A stretch of DNA of 64,000 nucleotides from Hydrolagus colliei (GCA_035084275.1 CM068755.1:9858001-9922000), one strand, 5' to 3'. Shown: positions 1 through 13,630, counted from the first letter of the stretch. Made by a program: numbers and translations. Notes: generated by a model not told the origin, from the letters alone.

Positions 1-39
1 AATGAGTGGATGGCTGGAGTGGGGGTGTCTGGACTGAAG

Positions 40-80
<41 letters not shown>

Positions 81-491
81 CCTTCAGACCGTGCAGCGAC
101 CAGCTTGGCTGCTTTACCTGCAAACAGAATGAACCTGTAACATTGCAGTCAGCAGAAGAGGGAGAGACAGAGACAGAGACACAGACATAGAGCTGGAGAG
201 AGAGAGAGAGAGAGAAAGAGATCCTGAGAGAGACAGAGAGACAGAGTGCTGGTGTTAACTGGCTGCTTCACTTGCCAGTCATTGCCAGGGGTGGAGAAGA
301 GAGAGATTACTGATCTGATGTCATTGGGTCACATGGAATTTCATCTGGACCGTGTTATGAGGAGGAGCTGAAACTCCACTTCACTCGCACACAGCCGCTG
401 AAGGGGGGGAGACAGCGAACTTTAGCACCACAGCTGTATTCTGGGTGGGGGTGGGGGGGAGGGGGGGGGTGGCGCAGGCGAGGACCGAACG
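1..491 (+). promoter_or_regulatory. RORalpha4 proximal promoter / 5'UTR with (GA)n tracts and a G-run
   Basis: Directly upstream of the ATG at 492. (GA)n at about 58-80 and 195-220, TGATGTCA CRE-like site at 316-323, G-tract at about 443-472. TSS cannot be determined. Confidence 0.5.
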
Positions 492-519
492 ATGTATTTT
501 TTGTGTTCAGCTATGAAAG
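492..519 (+). CDS. RORA: RORA coding exon 1 (RORalpha4-type N-terminus MYFLCSAMK-A)
   Basis: ATG at 492. MYFLCSAMK resembles human RORalpha4 MMYFVIAAMK. Strong donor AAAG|gtaagt at 520; phase 1 joins G|CT to exon 2 giving AQIEIIP. Confidence 0.93.
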
Positions 520-642
520 GTAAGTGTGCGAAGAGAGAGAGAGAGAGAGATGCAGGTACATGTTACTGCTGGGTTTCCAAACACGGTGGGTGGGTGGGTG
601 TAGCGAAAACTGTCAGGGCTCAAGGCATTATCGCCTTGGTGA

Positions 643-775
643 ACACGCACACACTCACACTCACTCACACTCACACACACTCACTCACACACACTCACTC
701 ACTCACACTCACTCACACACACTCACTCACTCACACTCACTCACACTCACTCACGCACACACTCACTCACACTCG
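643..775. repeat. (CACT)n/(CA)n compound microsatellite in RORA intron 1
   Basis: Directly visible; explains the His/Thr-rich pseudo-ORFs. Confidence 0.9.
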
Positions 776-1344
776 CTCGACGTTAAAATATCCTTTTCGG
801 TCTTGACGTTTCGAGCGCTTTCCCAATTCTGTGCAATGACAGCGTGAAGAGGGAGGGGAAGGAGGGGAGGGGATGGGGTTTTATTTCAGAGGAAAGGAAT
901 GTCAGCAATTTATAAGCTCCGGTGCTGCTGGGTGTCTGAGAGCCTCACACTGTAATCAGCTAAACCCCGTGTGCTGCATTAACGCTTTCACTGTAACAGG
1001 AGCGCGCTCAGGGTCTGTGCCATTGACTGGACAGTAACACGAAGCCTCTCCCTCTCTCCCTCTCTCTGTGTGTGAGCGGCCCTTCGGCTCCTCTTTATCG
1101 CTGGGCGCAGGCGAGTTTGCGATCCACTCAACCGTGTGTTTCTGCTGCTGTTTAATACGACTGTGGCATAGAATCGACACGTATTATTCATCCTTCTTCT
1201 CTCCCAACACCCCCCCCCCCCCCCCCCCCCCACACACACACACCTTCCTTTCCCAGTCAAGCACATCAAAGCACATCGGATTGGGTCGGTTAATCCCTCA
1301 GAGGAATGGTATTTTGCTGTCATTTCTTAATTGAAATAGCAAAA

Positions 1345-1399
1345 CACACACACATAGAGAGAGAGAGAGAGAGAGAGAAAATGTGTGTGTGTGTGTGTG
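1345..1399. repeat. (CA)n-(GA)n-(TG)n microsatellite
   Basis: Directly visible; a poly-C run also lies at about 1210-1231. Confidence 0.85.
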
Positions 1400-2940
1400 G
1401 GGAGGAAATACGTAAATTGAATGGACCCAAAGCATATTATTTCATTTCCTTATTGACTGTCTGTGTTGTATATTATTCTCCCCCACCCAGTGAAAGTTGT
1501 GCTTTCTTATTTAGTTGCATAACTCAGGTGGTGGGTGCATAGGGCAAAACAAACCATGATTTGTTTGCGATGTTGTTCAACGTTTTCCTGTTTTGTACAT
1601 TGGAGTAATTCACCCAGCTGGAAAATAATTATTTTGTAATTATTAGAATTCTTTTTATTATTGTGCTGGGGATGTGCTGGCTTTTCAATTAGAGATGGAG
1701 AGATGTTGAACCTCAGTCGTGTGTGCATTTCTGTTTGATTACTTAAAATGCACCATCACTTACCTGCTTAATTTACTGTATGTGTGTGTTTTTATGCATT
1801 GATGAGTATTTGGATTCAGATTTCCTGGTACTCTGACAAAGCAAAATGCAGATAGATGCAATCTGTCCAAAGCATAAATATCAATTTGCCACACAGCGTA
1901 TTTCATGTTGGTCGGATGTCTCAAAAAGCTTCGCAGAATTTAATGTGAAATGTAGTGACTGCTTTTACATTTACAATATGCGTTAGATATAGTGTCTTTT
2001 ACGTAGAGAGAATGTCTCAGAGCCCTTCACACTGGGCATCCGAGTTGGGGCAGGGGGTCACAGTTTCCTTATTGCTGGAAATTGGAGGATTTCGTATCAG
2101 TTCCTCTGGTCAGGATGAAAACCGTTGGCTTCAGTGACTGATTCGGAGCTAAGCCCCTTCCTCTCTCTTTCCCCTCCCCCCCCCCCCTAAACCCCCACCA
2201 TCATGTGGGATGGAGAGCCACTGACATTCAAAAATTTTGTTTTGCCTGCTTAAGCTTTCAAGCTGTTGGCATCGGCCCATCGTGAAACGCTGCAGCGTGC
2301 AAACCTGATTTGGTGTGTAACCCAGGGCACCTGACACTCACACAAACCGACTAGGAATCCTCCGCCGCATGTGTGGCGTGCGTGCCGCTGAGTCAAAGCC
2401 ATTATTTTCAACTAGAATTCAGATCGATTTGACGTCTACTTGCGCCTCATCCCACCGCTGTCGCTAACGGGAGAATCCGGGTGGTGCCGCCCAGATGCCA
2501 TCCGGTTGCCAGGCAAGCAGTGAGTTCCCCGGGTCAGACTCTCTACCAGGGCTGCATCAGACAGTAAGAGCAGAGATGCTCTCATTCATCCAGCAAATTA
2601 TTGCATTAGTCCTGTAATAATCTTTGCATTTGATATTACTTACGCCTTTATAATGCTGTCGAGACAGGAATTACGGTAAATTGTTGTGGCTGTGTATAAA
2701 CAGCAATAAAGAGAATGACCGATTTTGTTTTGGTGGCAGGTGAGGGTGGGTGGGTGTGGGGGAGGGTGGGGGGGGGGTTGGCGGTTTGTTAGCTTTAGTG
2801 AAGAGCAGGTTGTTCTTCAAGTGCCACCTGCTCCTGCTTACCTTCAGGAGCGTAATACAAGGTGGCATCAGCTCTACTCTGACAGCTGGTGTTGCATCTA
2901 CCTCTGTCCATTCTCTTTACGATCCTGTCACAGATCAATC

Positions 2941-3090
2941 ATTCTGGGACACTGCTGTGTGCAATTTGCTGTCACATTTTGCCCACATATATAGTGTCAA
3001 TTGACTTTTTACAGTATATTCTGAGAAGCGCTTTGAGGTATCGAGAAGACATGAAAAGCACTATATCAAAAGCAAAGAGTATTTTTTATT
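2941..3090 (+). mobile_element. 5'-truncated SINE copy
   Basis: GCTGTGTGCAATTTGCTG...TACAGTATATTCTGAGAAGCGCTTTGAG matches the 3' half of the full copies. Confidence 0.75.
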
Positions 3091-3159
3091 ATTCTGTGAC
3101 ACAGCAGTTTGGAAAAACACGAGTCTTTTCTGGCAATGAGAAGTGGAGAGAGAGCTAGC

Positions 3160-3390
3160 AGTAGATCACAAGATAGATTCGGATGAAGAAGTGCCTTTGG
3201 CACATTTTAGCCCTATCCTTCCTGAATACCCACCCAACCAGCCTTGCATACATGCTATCAAGCTGTTTCTCAATGAATCCAGGGGTCCTGGCCTCAACCA
3301 CCTTTCATGGAACTTGTTCTAGTTAATTGCCCTTTGAGTAAAGAAATGCTTTCCATGTCAGTTCGGAAGTTGCAACCTTACATATGCGTT
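3160..3390 (-). mobile_element. Old CR1-like 3' fragment
   Basis: AGATCACAAGA...GGATGAAGAAG tail is shared with 12865-12915(+) and 19985-20035(-). Confidence 0.5.
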
Positions 3391-4874
3391 CTGCTGCTTT
3401 TCTTTATTTAACAATGGAAATGTGATTAGTTATCGTAAAATGATAGATGGGTTAAATCTTTAGGACCATAGCATTTTGTTGTACTATTAGTTATAATAAT
3501 AATACTTGTATTTGATATATTGCCTTATATTGTGGAGCTGCCTCGAGGGCTTCACTAGATTTACTCTCGAGTCTAGTGACTACCTGTTAACAGCCGAACA
3601 TCTGTTTCTGTTTACTTCTGCCTATTTGTAGTTGTTAAGTGCATTGTGCAGCGAATAGCATTTTGAATTGTGTTGAATGAAATCATTGGGGGATGGAGAC
3701 GACGACAAAAGAAAGACACATTGGAAGAAAACGGGAGCCAGAGCTTAACAGTATAAAGCAAACTGCAGCCAGTGCATTGGTTCAACAGAGCACTTTAATC
3801 AGAGTTTTAATCTTTGGCCTAAACAGCAGATTTCATTGCAAATTGAAGGCAGTGCAGTTTCTGTGCATACAGAGAGCAATTTCTAGGAGAATGCAGCCTT
3901 TGTACATTGTGCAGCAAGGTGGGGAAGGATAAGAATGAACACATTTGAGTTACTTATTCTTCTGTCCATTCCCATGAAAAATGTTCCAGTTTTGTGCACT
4001 GAGATTCAGTGCTCCAAGCATGGAGCAGACTCTGGCTTGAATTCCTCTATGGAATTAAAACTGCACACTTTTCTGAATGTCAGAAATTACCCAACCTAAT
4101 TTAATGTAAGTTTAACAAATTTCTGCAATTGTGATTGAAAGATTTTTTTTTAGAAACTGTTCCATTCCTGTAAATTCCTGCTAACTTCAAGTTACAGACT
4201 TCAATACACTCAGCCGAGAGCTTTCCCAATATTAGAACAGCTATTGTAATGCCTTGTGGCAATCTAATAACATAGAGAAACGTTCAATATAAATTTAGTG
4301 TATTCACATATCATAAAAATTTATTCAGCAGATTTGGTGGTACACTGAATGTCATGAGAGGCAGGATGTGTGATTCTCTCAGGATGTGTGATTCTCAAGT
4401 TTAAATGACGTGGAGAGATAATTTTATTAGAGGTAGAAGTTCAAGGAATCAATAATTGTACTAATAATTATTTTTAAATCCAGGTCATAATTACAAAGAA
4501 AGTGTTATCTGACTAGAATGAACCTTTGCCCCTCTGAATGAAAAGCACCTCTCTCTGCAGTTATAATTTTACATACAATTTTTGGGTGCATGAGATGGCT
4601 AGTAAATCAATAATGATTTCTGTGGTAACGTAGAGGCATTAGTGTTTAGTGCTACAATCATAGTGTGAATGAATACAAGTTAGACACGTTCTGTTCCAGC
4701 AGAGAGGCTGCAGTTGACATCAGACTGGGGAGCCTTGTTTGAGAACTCCTCAGCATGTGGGCAATTATGACAGCCCACCTTCCAAACATCATAGTCATCC
4801 ATCAAGGCCAGACGGTACAAAGTAGGAGAAAAAACTCAAAAGAAGGAAAAAGGCCCCGAATTCAACATGGTCAT

Positions 4875-4975
4875 TTGCCTACAAAAATACACAGTTGCTA
4901 CACTTCACAGTAAAACCTGTGAAGTGCTTTGAGATGACCACCATATCGAATGCAAGGATTGTTATTATTATTATA
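4875..4975 (+). mobile_element. SINE 3' tail fragment
   Basis: CTGTGAAGTGCTTTGAGATG...AATGCAAGGATTGTTATTATT. Confidence 0.65.
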
Positions 4976-7900
4976 AAATTAATTTGCCTTAAAATTTTCG
5001 ATGGTGCGAAGATGTGGAATGTTCTTGAATGCAGGCTTAATTTGGAAGCTGGTGTTTTTAAACAACTGTTGAAAAATGTCTTTCGAGTTTAAACTGAATT
5101 GACAATTCAACACGATCATCAACTTTCAAAACAGAATGGTCCAAAATGGTCCAATGGCAAAGGGTTGATGGAATTTCAGATAAATTTCAGATCAAAAGCG
5201 TGGGGAAAAATAAAAGTGTGACAATGAACAGTGTTCCTGCCACTCTCTTTATCAGATGGTACAAGATAGATTTGACTTTCCAAGCATCATTTTCCTGCCT
5301 GCAGAAACCAAATGAGCCACAGGGCTTATGGTTGAGTCATTGAGCCCAAGAAATACCAGCCAGCTCCTCCAGCTTCCTGCAGATGTACATTTGGAGCCTG
5401 CATTTAAACGTACTTGCTCTTGTATATTTTGCAAATGTTTTATTTGAAGATAATATGTCAAGGGCTGTGAGCAATTCACTTTTTACGGAGGGCACAAGCC
5501 AGCTGCTGTAATTTCTTGAATTTCAAGCTCTGTGCGGGTGCTACGGATCCCAAAGCACCAAGGCCAGTTACTGCTGAAAGGCAGACAACATGACTCTTTG
5601 GCCAAGCACGTGATAGCCACATAGCAAAGACTTCGCATTTTCGTTTGGGGGCAAGTAGCTGTGGCTTATTGCTGACCTCCTCTCCCCCCCCCCTCCCGCA
5701 ACTAAGACACTCACATCAAGAAAGAAGAATTAAAGATCTCATCAGCTTAGTACACTGGCATTGCTGCTCTTGACCTCCATGGCAGAGTATTTCAACATCT
5801 GTAGTGCCTCAGACTTCTGAAACAATTCTATTCTTATCGCGGTGATAGTGACACGGATCATGGGCTGATGAGGGGAAGTCAGTGTGGCTTCACTGGAGGG
5901 AACGTTTTCTGGGGAGGTGACCAGAAGATAGATCAGTGAATGTCAGACATTTGGAATTTAGTATAGAAGATAGTGTTGATGTGCCTCAAGTTTCCTGTGT
6001 TACGTAAATCATACATGCAGTTGTCTCATTATCCTTGATAGCATCTTTACAGATTTCAATATGTATTTGAAAGAGCCCCTTTTGACAGTGTATTATCATG
6101 TTCTGTGTATATTACTTTTTCTGCATGTCAGTGTTGTAAAACTCTCAAAAGATTCAATGCAATGGCAGAGCACACAAATTTGGCAATGTTTACCCCTTTA
6201 AATGATAAACAGCATTAAATTACTATCTCCCAATGCTGATAGATTCGACAATGGTGTCTTTTACAAGTTTTTCTGGATATAACCAATCTTTACCCACATG
6301 TGCCAGTTGGTCAGTTGTGTGTCATTCTAATGAAAACGTTGCAATTGGATAGCACAGAAAAGAATATCAGACTTGCTGATGTTTATACATCGAGGTAGTC
6401 ACCTATGTGTCATCAAATAGATCATTTGCTTGCACTTTCACAGTGATGACTTGCTTGATACAGCCATATTTTCCACTGCGTACTGTTTCACAAGAATAAA
6501 ACCCATTGATAAATCAGGTGAGTAACGCACTTTGAGTGGGTGGTCTTCCTTCATTAGCTTTGCTAATATATTGCATTTTCTGACCCATATTCTAAAACCA
6601 GAAGATTTTCTAGAAAATCTATGCAATCCCCTTCAAAGATGAGCTAATTGTTTCTCACAAGGTTTACCTTTTTATGTTTATGTCCAGCACATAACAATGA
6701 ATTAACCCAGTCATGTTGCGGCTCCCCACAGCACAGACATTTTTTCAGTTTCGTGTTTAAGCTATTGGAATTGTATTCGTACTGAGTTAGCATCCAGTAA
6801 AGAAAGGCATTTTTAATTTGCTATTAGTTAAGGAGAGAGCAAATAGTATCACAAATCAGTAACAACTATGATTAGTTCTAATTACATACACAAAATTAAA
6901 GTGCCATGAATCTACAACCCGCAGCTCTTGAAAATCCCAGTTTTTTTTCTAGGTAGTGTAACTATGAACTGAAGCTTTGGTATGTTGCACTGTATATAAA
7001 TGCATCCTGTACAACAAGGCAGGTTCAAATTTTGACAGCTATCCAATTTCAGATAGAATCTGGACACTGAAGGTCTCTTCAGTGGATGGTTAGAATTTTG
7101 GTGCCTCATTGAGATTACTTCTTAAAAGGCAGTGGAAAGTTTAGCACTGTACCATGTAGACTATATCCTTTGCTAATAATACATGACAGGAATGTTTTAC
7201 AATCATTCAGAAATTCTGAAATACATTAAATAAATTGAATAAGGATCATAGATGGTGGTGTCTTGATTACAAAGCAGAAATTCAGCTAACAAATCTAGAC
7301 ACTACAAACTGAGACGCTTCAGTGGATTAGAAGTGTCACAGAACTGTTCCATGCTTCCACTTCATTTTTGAAATATTTCTTTTAAAAAAATGGGAAAGCA
7401 CATTGACATATGAGAGTGTTTTCTTACACTCTTGGCTGGTGGTGCAGTAGAGGAAAGTTGATGAATATAAGAGCTGTAAGAAAACAACAATGACGAAAGA
7501 TCTAAATGGACAAGGCCCCATGTGATGATACCATTGTATTCAGAGATATTCATTGGGGAGTAATTTTCGGCAGTGAATTACTGCCAAACTGCACTTTGTA
7601 TATTGTGCATCAGATGTATTTGTCAGAGCAGCACATTTGTTATACCACATTACCATCAAAATAAATTAGATAAACAAACACATTTGGGGATACACATTTG
7701 GGGAAAAAAACAAACTGCTTTTGAACTACACAATATGGAGATGTACATTTAATACTGGTAAAACATGTTATTTTATGAAACTGCTTCTCCTTTATTAGAC
7801 CTGGATGGGAGATGATTCTCAGTCTCAGGACATTGGAGACTTAGGCTGTTGGATAAGTAGTTGGATGGAGCAGGGATTCTCCACACTTGAGTGTGGGAAG

Positions 7901-10114
7901 ACAACAGAGACAGGTGTTCTGTCATGCCTGGTAGCCTCCTGTGACTGTTAACCTTAATCCACTGCCCCCCCCTCACACCTCCCTTGTTTGACAATTGGTG
8001 ATTGAAGTGGGGGAAATTCTGTCACTGGGTTACAGCTCCCCAGACTTGAAGTAGGCAAGTCTCTTTGCTCTGCTCCCTGGAACCATCGTATCTGAACTCA
8101 CTCTGGGCACAATCTTAACCAAAATCCCAGTAGAGATAGGCTCACAAAACAGAAGTGCTGTGAGTCTAATTCGGCTCCAAATTGGCACAAGATCGGCAGC
8201 CTCATTTGGAAGCATCATTATTCTGGGTGTGATCAAACAATTTTCATCTGAATCTCACTTGTGGTTTCGTGATTCCCAGGAGTGGAAGTGTGGAGTCGTT
8301 GGGTCTTGGTGAGTGCAGTGAAACACACATGCTGAGATGAGCTTGAAATTCATCAGCCTGTTGTGTATTCGACCTAATATGTGTCAGGACTCAGCTAACA
8401 CTATACCTAAAGGGAATCAGGCACATTACAGTTAGTGATCCCTTAATGAACTGATTGATCCAATGGTAAACACATTCCAGTTCAGTGAATGTACAGAGCT
8501 GTCAGTGGTACTGGAGCAAGAAAGCTATTGTAAAACAAGGGAAAAGCATGGATTCTTGTAGTGTTGAACTTGTGACTCCCTCCCCACACCCCTTACACTA
8601 AATATACAGAACAGTGGAGATACTGATCTGGATGTATACCAGCTACATAGCTTTAATGACACAAGGAATTAGTCCTCAGTGTGGTTTAAAGGCAACTGGA
8701 TGTCAAATTGATTTCTGCCCCACCACCATTAATTTGTACTGTAGTTACATTTTAGATTTTAAAATAAATGTGCAACTTTTTTTAATATTGAATTCTGTTT
8801 GCACGCATTCAAATCAGGCTGTGAGATGATTTCATTGCTAGAGAACAGGGCAGATTTCCTTGTACCAGTTGTACCAGTTCTGAGTATGAAATGCCCCCAG
8901 GTCAGGTACAGCATGGCTTACATACAACGAGGAGCTCCTGTATTACCATGACAACGTGCCTAGCCCAAACTGCTGAAGTCCTGACTGTATGCGAGAGTGC
9001 CTTTCGCCTTCCTTGCGCTATCTCTCCCTCCAGTCTTCTGCTTGCGATTGACAAATCAATGGTTTTAAGGTTAGCTTTACTCTGTGCTCTCAGGCCCAGT
9101 CCAAGCCCAAGTTCATCCTATTGCTATTTGAGAGATGGGAGAACCAATACTATAACAACAATGTGTATGTTTTCTAACTATTGTGCGGCAAGAATAAACA
9201 TTTCTCTCTGGCAGCTAAACATAAACCACACACACACACAGGTGCATTTACTGTAATGGGAACCCTTTAAGATATGTTGAAACAGTGACTCAGATGGGAG
9301 CTGCTTAGCAACCAACAATAAAACTGGGTGCAGTTTAATGAGATGCCAATGCAAAATCCCATCATTGTGTTTGCTACTAGCTGTTTAAAGTGGGTAGAAT
9401 TAAGGGTGTCAGAAACAGAGTTGTGAGGTTTTTCCTCCTCCGTCACTGAAACCAAATAAGTGACTATATAATTAGGACCTGGCGATACAATGATTTCCAA
9501 TGTTGCTTTTATGTGGGCAACGTAATTCTGTTGCGCAACATTACTTTAAATAATAAGGTTTCTTACAATTAACGACATTAAGCTCTTGTACATTGGTCTG
9601 TTGGACTGTCTGTTTGGCCAAACTTTTCTAGGATTACTGATCTGTGTAATAATAATGCAAATAATTGGCCTGAGTTGGGAACGATTGAGTGTGGGTCCAG
9701 GGCCATCCCCCTTTGGTTATTGCTGACCTCTTCGCCAGTCAGACATTACTTCAGACTTTACTCATCTTCACTGGTTTGTTTCATAGACTCTATTGTAGGC
9801 AAAGCAGCCAGTCTAACCCTTGCTGTTTACTCATCAAATCCACTCAGTTTTTGACGTGTTTGGGAGTGAGTTCTACTTGTATCACCAGCCTTTGTTTTCA
9901 AACACTTCATCTTTGCAGTGCTGCTGTGGTAACCATCACTTTGTCACCACAAGGCAGATCTACCAATAGAAACCGATATTACCTGAAGCAGAATTTGCTT
10001 CCCAGGCGGGAGGGGTTAAAGCTGTCATATTGTTCAACCTCTTTCTACAAGTACAGCCAGAGCCCTAGACTTTCTCTGTGTAGAATATAGTGGCTAAAAG
10101 TGCTAGAGTTATCT

Positions 10115-10225
10115 ATAATAATCCTTGCATTTGTTATAGCGCCTTATCACTCTGTTTAGACATCTCAAACCACTTCACTGTGGTTATATACTGTACTGTA
10201 AAGTGAATTGACTTTAATATATTAT
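10115..10225 (-). mobile_element. SINE 3' tail fragment
   Basis: ATAATAATCCTTGCATTTGTTATAGCGCCTTATCAC...ACTGTAAAGTGAATTGAC. Confidence 0.75.
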
Positions 10226-13200
10226 GGGAGAATTAGGAATCACTATTAGGAAGTCAAGTTTGTGATATGTGAAGAAAGATGTCTTTCTTCACATATCAAA
10301 AACAAGTAGCATGTAGTACATGTGCTGTACCACATGCTCAATCCCCCTTGAGTGAGCCCTCACCTCCATCTGGTAAAACTGGTAATTTGACAAAACAAGA
10401 GAGAATTCCTCTGCTTCTTCCCCTCTCTGGCATTAAGGCAGAACATCACGAGGTGCTGTCACTCCCCCAATGCTGGCAGGACACAGCTAAAGACAGCAAA
10501 GCTGATTAGAATTGGATTCAAGTGGCATTATGGGCTGTGTGTGCTCAGTGCTGTCCTTTCATCTTTATTGAGCTGATGGGACTAAAAAGATATAAACATT
10601 ATAGCCACCCGTGCAATTCCATTGATAAATTTGCTGGCTTTATAACAGGTTTCTGACAGTTGTGGTGAATGCTCTTACTCGGTGTGTAAGGCGATAATAA
10701 AATAGAAATTACATAAAATAAATCAGTTTCAGCTTTTCAGCATTCATCTATGCTGTCACTGAAAGGAAACTCAAGAATGCTTGCCTTTAGTATTTTACTG
10801 CACCATCATTCAGCTTTTCAGCAACTTTGAAATTGCGTCTTAAAATAAAGTAAAAGGACAGGTTCCAACACGTGCTGGGCGGGCTAGTGTTGGTGACTGA
10901 TTGTAGAGGTTGTGAATTGCCTGTGACCAGGCTAGGTTGAGAGAGGGACAATATATATTTTCTTCTATGAAACCATTACAGTAACAGAAAATAAACCTGC
11001 TTCAGGAGAGGCAGCGTTGCTAAATAAACACAAAAATGTGATTTAACTGAATGCAACAAACCAAATTTTAGATGTAAACTCTGACTTGGTTCCAACTCAG
11101 GATGTCTGGTAAAGGCCCTGCAGGTCTTGAAAGACTTCATTGAAGAAAAAGGAAAGGACACAGATTTACTAACTTAACCTCATCATGTAGCAGTCAGCCT
11201 CCCTGCAGCAGCGACATCAGTCTATGATGAAGAGATTCCCCCCACCTTCCACCTTTTCAGGTTCCACTGAGGGATGCTGTGTGGATTTTCATCTCAATGT
11301 GGAGGAGTTTCTAAAATCTCCTCCTTGGCTTTGCTTGCGTCGAAACTAAATATCTCGGATGCAAATGCATTAATTGGAAGGCAGACATGTCACAGCTTCA
11401 TTTAAAAAATGCTTGTCAATTGTTTTTAGTTCCCACGCAAAGACATGGCTCCAGTTGATGTCACTTGCGTATGAGTACTGGCATTGTGACCCAGTGTGGC
11501 ATGACCGTCCCTTGCCCAGAGGGGAAAAAAAATATTCGCCAAGAACTTTTTCATGAAGATAATGACCCATAAAATCATCTGCTTCTCACAGAATTTAGCT
11601 CAAATCTCAGTGCTGTATTATTTCATGTTGAATCATGACTTTGGGAGTATCGTCATCGGCCGATTGATCCCTGAGAGTATCTATCTCTTCATTATGCCTT
11701 CATTATGGGATAGCGCATGATGAATTGCTATTGTTAGAAATCAGCAAAGGATATATGTATCGCACAGTTGCTACTGTTGGTTGTAAGGAAAGATTTGAAC
11801 CACAGCATCATTGGAGTGGAGCCTGGATTCAGCTTGCAGATGCCTGGAAGCCTTGTGGTCTTTAGTTCTGCTGAACTATATTTGGACAGAAAAGACATTA
11901 GCTATTTTCACAATCTGGATATTCCACATTAGCACATCGGCTAATAATATGAGTCTTAGCGGATGAGATTGCCTAATGCAAGAGCAGCAAAATGGATAAG
12001 GACATGCTTAAGTATAGCCAGGCTGCCATTATTCACATTAGTGCGAGAGCATAGTTTGTTCACAGACTTTATTAAATACAATTAGCCCATGATGCATGCA
12101 TGGCTGATGATTCTATAAGCAGTTAGACTGTATTTGTGCCTCTCTGCTCGGAAGCAGAAGGAAGTGTTACTGGGAATAATCAGAGAATGCTAATCATCCA
12201 ATCATATGTGCGTGAAGTGACTCGAACAAATTGGCCACTTACATGCCACTGATTTGTTTAAAATTCTGACAAAGCAGCTGCTAACTGGCAATTCATTTTC
12301 CTGACAATTTCTGTGATTACCCTGGGAGAAAGCACTACAGAATCAAAAGTGACAGAATTGTGAAAGTCTGGCTTCTGTGTTTGATTTTGCCATCTAAGCA
12401 GTAGCTCCTGTGTGTGCAGGTCTGAGCTATGTGTGTGTGTTTTTTTTTAAAAAGCATGTTTATTTGGAGTTTTATCTGCTAGAAATAAATAGTTTATATG
12501 CAAGTTCAAGGAAATTGCAGCTGGTGAGACTGTAAACGGCAAAGCTTTCCAACAGTGTAGCACGCGCTCTGTCAACTGCCTTATGTGTGGCACAATGCTG
12601 CCATTCACATCTCTGCAAAAAGGTTAACTTTATTTTTTAAACAAATCAAAAATTTGATGCAACCCAAAAAAGCAGACTTTTCTACTACAGCAACAGGAGG
12701 CCACCACTTGCTTTGGAAAGGTTGGGCTGCACACCGTTGTGATTTATTCAGATTAGTTTGGCGTGGACTATAGCTATAGGTAGTTGTTCAGTGTTGTTAT
12801 TGTCCATATTATGAACACCTGAAGAACTAGAACTGAATTATTTCCCATTCTTCATGCAGCAAAACCAAATGGGCCGAAAGGCCTTCTTCATCCAAACGTC
12901 TCTTGTGATCTCGTGTGATTGTTAGCAGACGGATGTGTGCATTCCTTCAGAAGGAGGAGCTGAACAGGATCAGCCTCTGGTTGCTGACTTTTCATGTCAA
13001 GCACTAGCTCAGCACATATCTAGCACTTCACACTGATAAACCACAGCCCTTAAAGCATGAGTTTGTTTTTGTGTGGGAACTATTCAGAATTGAACGAGGA
13101 AGTACATACCATCTACAATGGTACAAGGAATGAACACATGGATTCATTTGATGTACATATTTAATGAACTAGCTACAAAAGGACCTGCAGCATAATATAA

Positions 13201-13394
13201 AGCCTCTGAAATAACAGAAGTACCAAAGGGTGTCTGGGAATGGTTATTTCTCCTCAGATTATTGGGCTTGGATTTACTCTGGTGAACTGTATTGCATCTC
13301 CTGGGTCCTTGTCAATTATGTCAGAGCAGAATGGTCATGGCTCTTCAGGTACCTACCTAGAAGTACTGAAAACCTAGGTGACAAATGCTTCCCA

Positions 13395-13630
13395 GGTGTC
13401 AGCCTGGCTCGATTGATAACACTTTCGCCTCTCAATCAAAGGTTATTGGTTCAAGCCTCCAGTTGAGACTTTGAAGTCATGTGGTTTAAGTTGACACTTA
13501 CTTGCAGGGCTGGAGAACCAAGGCATTGATGGATGTGCCATCCTTCGAATAAGATGTTAAACCGAGGTCTCGTCTGTCTGTTGAGATGAACATTAAGGAT
13601 CTAATGATTTTATTTGAAACAAGAGAAACA
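13395..13630 (+). mobile_element. Old DeuSINE (SacSINE1/AmnSINE1-like) fragment
   Basis: Degenerate tRNA head, then GTGCCATCCTTCGAATAAGATGTTAAACCGAGGTCTCGTCTG, resembling the recalled Deu-domain consensus. Confidence 0.65.

Noticed and set aside
320-331. RORE autoregulatory site GTCATTGGGTCA
   Set aside because: Half-site present, but the 5' extension deviates from WAWNTRGGTCA; not supportable from sequence alone.
520-847. His/Thr-rich ORFs 492..806 and 524..847
   Set aside because: Read-through of the exon 1 donor into microsatellite; only 492-519 is coding.
4362-4397. 18-bp tandem duplication and similar short duplications (8862, 59865)
   Set aside because: Ordinary slippage events with no further structure.
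5863-5900. Other CTGATGA motifs (also about 13932 and 18578) as hammerhead cores
   Set aside because: No stem II followed by GAAA.
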